From: a virus
Lineage: Duplodnaviria; Caudoviricetes
Virus record (IMG/VR): IMGVR_UViG_3300036771_000057
Span: 1 to 41,378 of that record
DNA length: 41,378 bases
Direction: 5' to 3' (one strand)
In this document: one piece after another, positions 9,411 to 17,412 of the stretch
Position numbering within the stretch: position 1 is the first letter of the stretch
Layout: each line of letters opens with the position of its first letter
Notes under the pieces: model-generated
What the model was told of the DNA's origin: nothing
The model's input: the letters and a program-made list of their open reading frames with translations, nothing else
The model's database searches: none
Program-made: the position numbers and the translations under genes

Positions 9411-11498
9411 ATGATATATGCTATTGATTTAGATAAGTTCGGTATCAAAAAAGGACTACCGAGCAAACCTTATGCAGATGCTGATTATATCCAAGCAGAT
9501 AAGAATATCCAGGGGATAAACAGCGCACTACAATTTGCAGCAGCTAATAATTATACTGAAGCGGTTATTCCGAAAGGCGATTACACTCTTTGTTACCCTC
9601 GCGAAATTTCTATGGTTACAGGTTTAAACTTTAATTTAAATGGTTCAACACTAAAAGTAATATATGATTCTAATAAAAAATCACCATTCGATAATAGGAC
9701 AACTATTGATTATTACAACTTTAAAGGTAATAGTGTCGTTTTTAGCAAAGTCACTAATGCTCATTTGTTTGGCGGAACTATAATTGGATGTAGGGATGAC
9801 AGAAACTTCTCTAACCCCTTAGAAGTTGCAATGGAGCATACGTATGGCGTTCTTTTTCAAAAAAGTTCTTCGTATTGCTCAATCAAAAATTGTATAGTAA
9901 GAGATTACATGGGTGATAATATTTCATTTAGCTCAGATTCTATATTTAATTACGGCGAGTTCGATCAAGGACTTACATTAAGTGCTTTAGATTACAGTAC
10001 AGGACAACCAATCACCTCAGCTAATACACTCACTACAAAAATGTTAAACATACCTCAAGATTTGACTCCAAAGATACATTCCTTACTTATAGCTGGTGCT
10101 GGATATGCAAGAACAACAAATTTAAATAGCAAAGAGTTGGACATTTTCTTTTATGATAATACCAATAAATTCGTAGGTGTTATGAAGAAAAGGAGAATCT
10201 ACACTGACATTTCAATCCCTGTTAACGCAACAAAATTTAGACTCCAATTTTATAATGAAAACAATGTAAATAAGAACCTGCAATATACAATTATGTTTGG
10301 CGGTATTCCTCATCATAACACTGTTGAAAAATGCGAGGTTTTTAATGGTCATAGAGGTGGAATCACACTAGGTGGTAACTATAACAAAATTGTAAACAAT
10401 AAAATCCGAGATAACGGAAAAGGATTGGTTAGGTTTTTGGATGGGAAGCCTATTTTCAACGATCCAACTCGTTATTCGATAAACATGGAAGATTCCTATG
10501 GGGCAAGTTGCACTATAAAAGATAACGAAATTTACGGTAGTTACCACGGTATTTTAGTTGGATGTTACGATGTCTTAATAGAGCATAACCACATATATAA
10601 TATTGATTACATTGCGATTAATCTTTACTCCTTAGTGCATGCAACTATTAAGGATAATTTCTTATACAACTGTCAAAATAACATCGGACTCATGACTTCT
10701 AACTTTAGTGCGGCTTTTGTGAATATAGAAGGTAACAGCTTCACAGGTGGCAATATGAATGTAACTAATGATTCGTATAGAGTTTCTTTATCTAACAATC
10801 AATACGTAAACCCTGACTTCGTTGCTTTGGGAGATAATTGCACATTCGATAATAATCATTTTACTTTTACTGAGAATCCAGTTACTGCACCATGGATAAA
10901 AGCAAACAAAATAAGCAGATGCACGTTTAAATCCATCCCCACACAAAGAGAAATGACGTTTAAAGTTAAAGAATATGATAATTGTAGATTCGAAAATTTA
11001 CGAGTTAGATCAGAAAACCCTAATGCTCAAAATGTAGACGTTTGCGAGTTCACTAGGTCAGAATTTCTTAATTGCGAGTTAAGGAATCATCTATTTAGTG
11101 GACGTCCAATGAACATTAGGGTTACTAAATCAAAACTTATAGATACAACTTGTGAAGTTGGTATTACAAATGTGGACAACCAAGCATCGTATACACTATT
11201 AGATGATTGTGATATCACTATTAACACAAAGAATAACCTGTTTTTATCCGATACGAACAGACCTTACACATCTTATAAAGCAAAGGATTGTAGAGTTTCG
11301 ATAAGTAACCCTGCATTTGCTTCACTATTAGCATCTGGATCAGCTAGTGCAGCGAATGAATTAGTTCTAGAAGGAAATGAGTTCATTTACACAGGACCAA
11401 CACCATTGAACTTAAAATACTACGCAAATAAGAATCACATACGTAACTTTGTCGATTCAAATAATACTTTTGCGAACATTACTTTACCAACAATTTAA
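9411..11498 (+). CDS. Right-handed parallel beta-helix (pectate-lyase-like) protein, accessory moron
   Basis: 695 aa; GINSAL...IPKGDY start and Asn-ladder repeats (IKNCIVRD, IVNNKIRDN, IKDNEIY, IEHNHIYN, IEGNSF); flanked by terminators. Confidence 0.8.
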   Translation: MIYAIDLDKFGIKKGLPSKPYADADYIQADKNIQGINSALQFAAANNYTEAVIPKGDYTLCYPREISMVTGLNFNLNGSTLKVIYDSNKKSPFDNRTTIDYYNFKGNSVVFSKVTNAHLFGGTIIGCRDDRNFSNPLEVAMEHTYGVLFQKSSSYCSIKNCIVRDYMGDNISFSSDSIFNYGEFDQGLTLSALDYSTGQPITSANTLTTKMLNIPQDLTPKIHSLLIAGAGYARTTNLNSKELDIFFYDNTNKFVGVMKKRRIYTDISIPVNATKFRLQFYNENNVNKNLQYTIMFGGIPHHNTVEKCEVFNGHRGGITLGGNYNKIVNNKIRDNGKGLVRFLDGKPIFNDPTRYSINMEDSYGASCTIKDNEIYGSYHGILVGCYDVLIEHNHIYNIDYIAINLYSLVHATIKDNFLYNCQNNIGLMTSNFSAAFVNIEGNSFTGGNMNVTNDSYRVSLSNNQYVNPDFVALGDNCTFDNNHFTFTENPVTAPWIKANKISRCTFKSIPTQREMTFKVKEYDNCRFENLRVRSENPNAQNVDVCEFTRSEFLNCELRNHLFSGRPMNIRVTKSKLIDTTCEVGITNVDNQASYTLLDDCDITINTKNNLFLSDTNRPYTSYKAKDCRVSISNPAFASLLASGSASAANELVLEGNEFIYTGPTPLNLKYYANKNHIRNFVDSNNTFANITLPTI

Positions 11499-11525
11499 GC
11501 TGGCTCTTTTGAGTCAGCTTTTTTT
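11497..11525 (+). terminator. Terminator after the beta-helix gene
   Basis: aagctggctc-tttt-gagtcagctt followed by T-tract. Confidence 0.8.
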
Positions 11526-11536
11526 AATTTATACTT

Positions 11537-11565
11537 ATTATACACGAACGTTTGTTCTTTTGAAA
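11537..11565 (-). promoter_or_regulatory. LexA/SOS (Cheo) box inside a leftward sigmaA promoter
   Basis: CGAAC-gttt-GTTCT at 11545-11558; the minus strand reads TTTCAA-17bp-TATAAT. Confidence 0.7.
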
Positions 11566-11597
11566 GCATAAAAGTAGCTCCGTTCTAATGAGCGAAG

Positions 11598-11819
11598 CTA
11601 TATCCAGAAATCATGTTCATCTATGTTCTTCCCCAGTTTCTTCAAACCTTTAACGATTTGAATTATCGTGGAAAACTTCGGTCTATATTTTTTATCATTA
11701 CACACTTTAGAAATTGTTGCTGTACTTAGCTTGGATGTGCGCTCTAATTCAATTTGAGCTATTCCATTCCGATCAAGATAGTGACCAAATTTTGTACGTT
11801 TCTTCCCCAATCCAAACAC
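11598..11819 (-). CDS. Small Xre-type HTH regulator, divergent from the FtsK operon
   Basis: IAQIELERTSKLSTATISKVCN HTH; GTG start after a GAGGTG RBS. Confidence 0.85.
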   Translation of the reverse strand: MFGLGKKRTKFGHYLDRNGIAQIELERTSKLSTATISKVCNDKKYRPKFSTIIQIVKGLKKLGKNIDEHDFWI

Positions 11820-11923
11820 GTTTATCACCTCATCCACATCTTGACCTATTTCTTACTTTTTTAAACTAATGCAAAAAAATAAGAAATTGTCCAAGCTGTA
11901 CACCATATGCTTTATCAAGGCCG

Positions 11924-12042
11924 CTACCAAAGTAGCTATCAAACTTGTTATCAAAGTAGCTACCAAAATAGATAGCTTAATTACTATCAAGGTAACTAGT
12001 ACTTGTACTATCAAAGTAGCTATCAAAGTAACACTATCAAGG
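11924..12042. repeat. Degenerate 12-bp tandem repeat array (CTAYCAAAGTAG)
   Basis: ctaccaaagtag ctatcaaacttg ttatcaaagtag ctaccaaaatag ... ctatcaaggtaa ... ctatcaaagtag ctatcaaagtaa. Confidence 0.85.
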
Positions 12043-12106
12043 TTTTAAGCCGATAAACCTATGTATCATCAGGATTTCAAATTCTGTTTATAAAGGGGAG
12101 TTTTAT

Positions 12107-12301
12107 ATGTTAACTACATTTATTTCATTAGGAGCTTTAGGAATAACAACAATTGGTGGAGCAATATTAGAGAAACATCTTGTAAAGAATGATCACGTTG
12201 CAGCAGCTAAACTTTTAAGTGATGGAATGTATCACGGAATGAGAATAGGTGGAGTTTGTTTCATCGGTTATGTATTTATCAAAATCTTAATCATGTTTTA
12301 G
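12107..12301 (+). CDS. Small two-TM membrane protein
   Basis: 64 aa, two hydrophobic segments, GGGGAG RBS; first gene of the FtsK operon. Confidence 0.8.
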   Translation: MLTTFISLGALGITTIGGAILEKHLVKNDHVAAAKLLSDGMYHGMRIGGVCFIGYVFIKILIMF

Positions 12302-12312
12302 GGGGTGCTCAT

Positions 12313-13479
12313 ATGGAGATTTTAAAAAAGTGGCTTCATAAACAAAGTTTAAAGCATCAACTTATAGAGGTATTCGGAAAAGCAGGTTTATTTGTGGACC
12401 ACCAAACAAGAGGTGGAAAAGTACCAATTTATCCGAAGATACATGATATTTCCTCCACACAAGATAATGTTAGATATGTATTTACCATTCCAAATGGTTT
12501 GGACCCAAAAACTATTGAAAAGAAATGGTTTTGCTTTCAACAAATATTAGGACGGAATGTAGCGATTGAGGGCGATATTAAAAAGTTTGTACTAAATGTA
12601 TTTCATTCAGATGCAGGACTAAAACAATACAACTACAGTTATAAAAAATGGCAGCCGTTACTAAAACAACATCGTCTTCCTGTTGTTGTAGGTCGGGACC
12701 AATTCGGAAATATGATTGTGTATGACATGGTTGAAGCAAATACACCACATCTTTTAATTGCAGGTGAAACAGGAAGTGGTAAAAGTAGTATGGTACGTGT
12801 TGTACTATCCACACTCATTCAATGTATGTCTTCTGATAAATTACATTTGTACCTGGGGGACTTAAAGAATTCTGAATTTCATTTCTTGAGAAGAGTAAAA
12901 CATGTAAAAGAAGTTTGCATGGAAGAAATCGAAATGAAGATAATGCTTCAAAAAGTGTGGAAGGAAATCAGGGACCGAAGAAAACTTATGGAAGAGTATG
13001 AAGTGGATCATATTGATGAATATAACAAATTGAATCCCGATAATCAGAAACCATACATCTTACTTGCTATTGATGAAGTAGCAATGCTCCAGGATGAAAA
13101 AGAATGTATGACTACAATTGAAAAGATATCAGCAGTCGGTAGGGCGCTAGGAGTCTTCCTCATGCTTTCTATGCAACGTCCTGATGCAAAAGTATTAGAT
13201 GGTAAGTTAAAGCTTAATATGACAGTAAGAATGGGCTTTAAATGCGATAGTACAATCAATAGTAATATCATGGGTACGCCTGGATCAGAACACTTAGAGC
13301 AATCGGGACAAATGATTTTAAAACTAAACGGATTAAAGAAAGTGCAAGCACCATATTTAGAATTAAGTAAGGCGAAACAAATTGTTGAACCATACCGAGT
13401 ACCTAAAGGTGATATGACGCTTCAGAATCCTCCACAAGAAGAGATTCCATTGTTCGGGGTGTTAGAAGATGAGGGATAG
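12313..13479 (+). CDS. FtsK/SpoIIIE-family ATPase (no TM or gamma domain evident)
   Basis: PHLLIAGETGSGKS Walker A, LAIDEV Walker B, GRALGV, SMQRPD; ATG at 12313 after GGGGGTG. Confidence 0.92.
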   Translation: MEILKKWLHKQSLKHQLIEVFGKAGLFVDHQTRGGKVPIYPKIHDISSTQDNVRYVFTIPNGLDPKTIEKKWFCFQQILGRNVAIEGDIKKFVLNVFHSDAGLKQYNYSYKKWQPLLKQHRLPVVVGRDQFGNMIVYDMVEANTPHLLIAGETGSGKSSMVRVVLSTLIQCMSSDKLHLYLGDLKNSEFHFLRRVKHVKEVCMEEIEMKIMLQKVWKEIRDRRKLMEEYEVDHIDEYNKLNPDNQKPYILLAIDEVAMLQDEKECMTTIEKISAVGRALGVFLMLSMQRPDAKVLDGKLKLNMTVRMGFKCDSTINSNIMGTPGSEHLEQSGQMILKLNGLKKVQAPYLELSKAKQIVEPYRVPKGDMTLQNPPQEEIPLFGVLEDEG

Positions 13480-14077
13480 AGATAAAGCGATACTAAGCGA
13501 TTTGAACCGTTTCAGATGTATGTCGCGTGATGACATTATAGATTTGCATTTTAATGGAGTAAAAAACGCGGTTACTTGTTGTAATACCGTTATGAAACGA
13601 TTAAGAAGAGATGGTCATGTGGATGCCAATGTTTCGCAGCAGCCGTATATATATTTCCCTCAACCTAGCACCCTACGAAAAACTAGTCAAAAAATCCCCC
13701 ACTTCCTCGGCATTGTGGATGTATACAAACAACTCATACATTATGAAAAACCGAAACTATTTAAAGTTGAACCGAAATACGGTAAAGAATATATGGAGCC
13801 CGATGCATTTACAATTTGGCGTAGATCTCCATTCTTCATTGAGGTTCAAAAGTCGGTTTACAGTAAAAAGATTATGCAAGATAAAATCAACAGGTATGAA
13901 TTATACTTCCACAGTCAGGAATGGCATAACGAATCCTGGCAACCAAAAGGATCTAAATTCTTCCCGTCGATTCTTATAATTACCGATAAAAAATATGATA
14001 TTCAATCCTCAAATTTACGTATTTTCCAAGCGACATCCATACATGATTTCATGGATAAATTAGCAGTTAAATCATAA
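13469..14077 (+). CDS. Replication-relaxation (Replic_Relax) family protein: wHTH plus PD-(D/E)xK-like nuclease
   Basis: RDKAILSDLNRFRCMSRDDI wHTH start; EPDAF...FIEVQK motif; overlaps the FtsK end. Confidence 0.8.
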   Translation: MRDRDKAILSDLNRFRCMSRDDIIDLHFNGVKNAVTCCNTVMKRLRRDGHVDANVSQQPYIYFPQPSTLRKTSQKIPHFLGIVDVYKQLIHYEKPKLFKVEPKYGKEYMEPDAFTIWRRSPFFIEVQKSVYSKKIMQDKINRYELYFHSQEWHNESWQPKGSKFFPSILIITDKKYDIQSSNLRIFQATSIHDFMDKLAVKS

Positions 14078-14079
14078 GA

Positions 14080-14103
14080 AAAAGCCCTGCTTAATTGCGG
14101 GGC
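14080..14103. terminator. Hairpin/terminator between convergent operons
   Basis: aaaagccctgc-ttaatt-gcggggc. Confidence 0.6.
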
Positions 14104-14466
14104 CTACTTCATTAATCCAGCTTGTTTAAATGCTTCTGTTAAAAGATCATTTACAAGCTTTGATTTATTTGTTTCTTTGTTTCCTTTTACAATTTTATTT
14201 ATCATTTTCACAACAGGTTCTTCTAAATAAAACCCAGTGTAAACCTTCTTCGGTTCCTTTGTAGACTTGGATAGAACAGATGACAATATACTATTATTAT
14301 TGCTAGCATTTTTAATATCATTGTCACTATTGCTTTCACTATTATTTTTATTATCAATATTGTTATCATTGACTACAGGAGTAGTTTCTTCTTTTTGTTC
14401 TTCAGTTTCATTTATCACTTCTATATCATTATCAAAATCAAGTATAGTTTCTTTCTTTTTAACCAT
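14104..14466 (-). CDS. Putative centromere-binding partner of ParA (type Ib, C-terminal RHH-like)
   Basis: Directly downstream of parA; low-complexity linker, then KVYTGFYLEEPVV...NKSKLVNDLL RHH-like segment. Confidence 0.7.
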   Translation of the reverse strand: MVKKKETILDFDNDIEVINETEEQKEETTPVVNDNNIDNKNNSESNSDNDIKNASNNNSILSSVLSKSTKEPKKVYTGFYLEEPVVKMINKIVKGNKETNKSKLVNDLLTEAFKQAGLMK

Positions 14467-15240
14467 TTATTCCATCTCCTTTACTAATTTAAAGTAAGAA
14501 CGCGAAACAGTATGATAAGGTTCATGAATTACAGCTGGTTTACCTTCATATGCTACTGCATTTGCAAATCTAACTGATTGCGGAATTACTGTGTCTAAAA
14601 ATTTTATATTATGCTTTTTACAGTATTTTTTAGCTTTATCAATAAACGTTTTATGAATATTAGTCCTACCATCAACCAACGTTGCAAAAACACCAGCTAT
14701 TTCTAAATTCGGATTCTTTCTTTCTTGAAACTCTTTAATCATTTCTAATATATTTTTAAATGATTCTACAGAATAAACTTCTGGTTGGAATGGAATCAAA
14801 ACTTTATTCGCAAAACAAAGAACATTACCTTGTACTAATCCTAAAGTTGGTGGAGTATCGATTAAAATCACATCATATAAATCCACAATATTTCTCATTG
14901 CTACAGCTAATAATCCGAACATATTTGGATACATGCTTAAATTAGGAAGGATTTTAAAATCAAATTTAGTCATATCGGAATTAGCTGGAATCATATCAAT
15001 ATTTTTATGTACATTTATAATTCCTTTTTCAGCCATATCGCCATTAATCAAAATATCATAAATAGTTACTTTGCATTTACGAGGATTTTTTCCAAAACTC
15101 ATAATTGCGCTACCCTGGTTATCCGTATCTATAATTAAAACTTTCTTACCTTCTCTTGCATAAACACCAGCTAAATTTGTGACGGAAGTTGTTTTCAGTA
15201 CACCGCCTTTATTCGTTGATACGGCAATGATTTCAGTCAT
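14467..15240 (-). CDS. parA: ParA family partition ATPase
   Basis: NKGGVLKTT deviant Walker A, IIDTDNQG, IDTPPTLG motifs. Confidence 0.95.
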   Translation of the reverse strand: MTEIIAVSTNKGGVLKTTSVTNLAGVYAREGKKVLIIDTDNQGSAIMSFGKNPRKCKVTIYDILINGDMAEKGIINVHKNIDMIPANSDMTKFDFKILPNLSMYPNMFGLLAVAMRNIVDLYDVILIDTPPTLGLVQGNVLCFANKVLIPFQPEVYSVESFKNILEMIKEFQERKNPNLEIAGVFATLVDGRTNIHKTFIDKAKKYCKKHNIKFLDTVIPQSVRFANAVAYEGKPAVIHEPYHTVSRSYFKLVKEME

Positions 15241-15262
15241 AACATTAGCACCTCAACTTTCA

Positions 15263-15382
15263 ATATTGATATTGCTAGTACTATTAATATTGCTAGCAAT
15301 TTTACTATTGATAGTTTATAAGATAAAGATAAAGATAGCAATAGTAATATTGATAACTATTTTACTAGTAATAGCAATATTC
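15263..15382. repeat. Hexamer-periodic array upstream of parA (putative centromere/operator)
   Basis: atattg atattg ctagta ctatta atattg ctagca ... atagca atagta atattg ... ctagta atagca atattc. Confidence 0.7.
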
Positions 15383-15463
15383 CTTTTACTATCCTTCAAT
15401 TCCCCTGTATACATATTTAAATAAAATACTTTCATTCGGGTATGTGAAATTTTAAGTTTACAC

Positions 15464-15490
15464 AAAATAAAAAAAGAGCCGAAGCTCTTA
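15464..15490 (-). terminator. Terminator after the AimX candidate
   Basis: Minus strand agagc-ttcg-gctct followed by TTTTTT. Confidence 0.75.
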
Positions 15491-15628
15491 TTTCGTTAAA
15501 GCATTAATTTGTTCTAAGAGTTCAATCGCCTGTAGATCACCGTTCTCCGCTTTTTCTAAGATGATATGTAACTTGTCCTCCACAGTGATTTCTTTCTCCA
15601 TTTGTAATGCAGCCCCTTGATTCATCAT
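15488..15628 (-). CDS. 46-aa protein, AimX candidate (MMNQGAALQMEKEITVEDKLHIILEKAENGDLQAIELLEQINALTK)
   Basis: Strong GGGAGG RBS, own terminator, immediately downstream of the AimR-type operator; not in the ORF track. Confidence 0.7.
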   Translation of the reverse strand: MMNQGAALQMEKEITVEDKLHIILEKAENGDLQAIELLEQINALTK

Positions 15629-15664
15629 AGTAATTCCTCCCTAGTTTTTATGTAAGATATATTA

Positions 15665-15703
15665 GTGACACAGTTTTACGATTTGGCGTTTTATTTGTGT
15701 CAC
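15665..15703. promoter_or_regulatory. Putative AimR operator: GTGACACA-N23-TGTGTCAC (TGACAC-N25-GTGTCA)
   Basis: Perfect 8-bp inverted repeat. The 6-25-6 geometry matches that described for SPbeta AimR sites, and it lies downstream of aimP. Confidence 0.75.
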
Positions 15704-15717
15704 CCCTTAAACGCACT

Positions 15718-15745
15718 GAAAGTCGCTACCGAAGTAACGACTTTC
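15718..15745 (-). terminator. Hairpin after aimP
   Basis: gaaagtcgctac-cgaa-gtaacgactttc. Confidence 0.6.
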
Positions 15746-15774
15746 TTGTGTAAATTTCATATTAAATTAATTTA

Positions 15775-15903
15775 TTAACTGCCGCCCGGGTCCGTCATCA
15801 TATACTTAACTGGGCTTGTCTGATCCACTTTATCAACGTTTCCAAATACTCCGAATCCTAATGCCCCTACACACATTAACAGTGCAACTAGTTTCTTTTT
15901 CAT
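15775..15903 (-). CDS. aimP: Arbitrium pre-peptide AimP (42 aa; C-terminus MMTDPGGS)
   Basis: MKKKLVALLMCVGALGFGVFGNVDKVDQTSPVKYMMTDPGGS: signal peptide plus D/E-PG motif; ATGA overlap with the aimR stop. Confidence 0.9.
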   Translation of the reverse strand: MKKKLVALLMCVGALGFGVFGNVDKVDQTSPVKYMMTDPGGS

Positions 15904-17048
15904 TGTAATACCCCTTTGCTCATTAGTATGTTTTTACATAACTGGCCATAGAAGCTTAGTCCTGATAATTCAAATTCCAGTAAAGCTTGTTTAATACCTT
16001 CTAGATCTCCAATGCATTTACTGTAAGCAAAGCGTTGGAATGGACTAAATCCTTCTATTTCCATTTCTTTAAAAAGTGACAATCCCAGTTTCCGATCTCC
16101 AAAATTATATTCATAATTAGCTTTTTCGTTCTTGTGAATTGCCACTAAATTAATCTCACTAATATTAATCTCATTATTTAACCGTACATGTGCAAGTGTT
16201 GATTGAAAAGATACATATTTTTGAGATTTTAAAGGAACATTTACTTCTTCCAACTTTCCAATTGCCTTTGATAAGTATTCTTCTGATTTATTTGGAGATT
16301 CAAATTGATAGCTCTCCCCTAAACAACAAAAGGCGGTCGCTTGAATAATTGGAATATCTATGCAAGAGTTAATAATTTTAAAGCATGTATCTCTACACTC
16401 TTCAAGTTGTACTCTCCACAAGTACATGTATGCTTTTCGTTCATCAGCTAACATGCGTAAGTAATCCTTAATAATACCTTCTCGTAGTTTTTCGAAATTT
16501 TGTTCCATTGCATCCACATATTGAATGATTGCATTGTTATTTGGCATATCCGCAAGTGATAACATTAATAGAATGTTTACCATCACCTGACAATGTGGAT
16601 TGGAGGAAAAGCGCTTGCTACTTAATTCATTGTAAAGTTCTTTACCTCTTAATTCGTTCTTATTTCTTTTATTAAAAAGCTTATATATGCTGAAGAAAAT
16701 TCCTAAATTGCTTTTTTTCTCGTGCTTAGTTATTAAATAATTCATCAAATCGTATTCACCTTGGACCTGACAATATATTAAACCAACTTCAATATTTGAT
16801 ATGCTCTCGCATTCTGAAAAATATTCTCTTGTGATTTTTCGTTTCTCATTTTGTCTCTCGAATAAAAGATCAATAGCACTGAAAAACACATTTACATCCA
16901 TTTCATATTCACATGCAAGTCCTCTTCTAAGTTTTTCGCGACTAATTTTAAGGTTTTCATAATTAACTTTGAGCTTGTCAGTAAAACTTCTTCTTGAATA
17001 TCCTAAGGACTCCATTTTACTTACTAATTGATTCATAACTCGTTGCAT
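15900..17048 (-). CDS. aimR: AimR arbitrium lysis-lysogeny peptide receptor
   Basis: 382 aa, N-terminal HTH plus TPR-like body (ATAFCCLGESYQF); followed by a secreted-peptide gene. Confidence 0.88.
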   Translation of the reverse strand: MQRVMNQLVSKMESLGYSRRSFTDKLKVNYENLKISREKLRRGLACEYEMDVNVFFSAIDLLFERQNEKRKITREYFSECESISNIEVGLIYCQVQGEYDLMNYLITKHEKKSNLGIFFSIYKLFNKRNKNELRGKELYNELSSKRFSSNPHCQVMVNILLMLSLADMPNNNAIIQYVDAMEQNFEKLREGIIKDYLRMLADERKAYMYLWRVQLEECRDTCFKIINSCIDIPIIQATAFCCLGESYQFESPNKSEEYLSKAIGKLEEVNVPLKSQKYVSFQSTLAHVRLNNEINISEINLVAIHKNEKANYEYNFGDRKLGLSLFKEMEIEGFSPFQRFAYSKCIGDLEGIKQALLEFELSGLSFYGQLCKNILMSKGVLQ

Positions 17049-17152
17049 GATTTTCCCCTTCCAGAAAAAACAAACCGTATCCTAACGAATTTTCTCAAGT
17101 TGGAAACAAAATACGAGGGAAGAATATTGTGTTTTTGTGTTATACTTAGATG

Positions 17153-17254
17153 TGACTCGTATGTAGCAAAGTGTTTCCTAAGTGGTAGTTAGGTAACGGT
17201 TCAAGAGAACGTTTAGCAGACACCTCTTGAACACGCTCATATGGGTCTTTTTTT
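17153..17254 (+). ncRNA. Putative structured antisense RNA in the aimR leader
   Basis: Extended -10 TGtTATACT at 17138-17146. Closing stem gactcgtatg/catatgggtc, two inner hairpins (cctaa/ttagg; gttcaagag/ctcttgaac), then T7. Confidence 0.6.
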
Positions 17255-17412
17255 CGTTCGTTTTAGTTATTTTTAATACTATCACGAATTTTCTAATTTT
17301 TGATGACTAGGTCACCTGATAATTGTTGAGAAAGTTTTTTTATTGCTATAAATCAAGATTTAGAAGCGTATGCAATTTTGCATATTAACTAATGATTTGA
17401 TAGTACAAGAAT

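Noticed and set aside
11924-12042. Possible CRISPR-like array
   Set aside because: Units are 12 bp and contiguous with no unique spacers, and no cas genes are present.
12049-12057. GCCGATAA sigmaD-like -10
   Set aside because: No properly spaced TAAA -35 element; likely chance.
15179-15424. 81-aa hydrophobic plus-strand ORF that looks like a membrane protein
   Set aside because: It is the translation of the hexamer centromere-like array and overlaps parA antisense; the same applies to 14267-14497.
14104-17048. Integrase expected next to aimR
   Set aside because: No recombinase motifs in any ORF; the par locus sits here instead.
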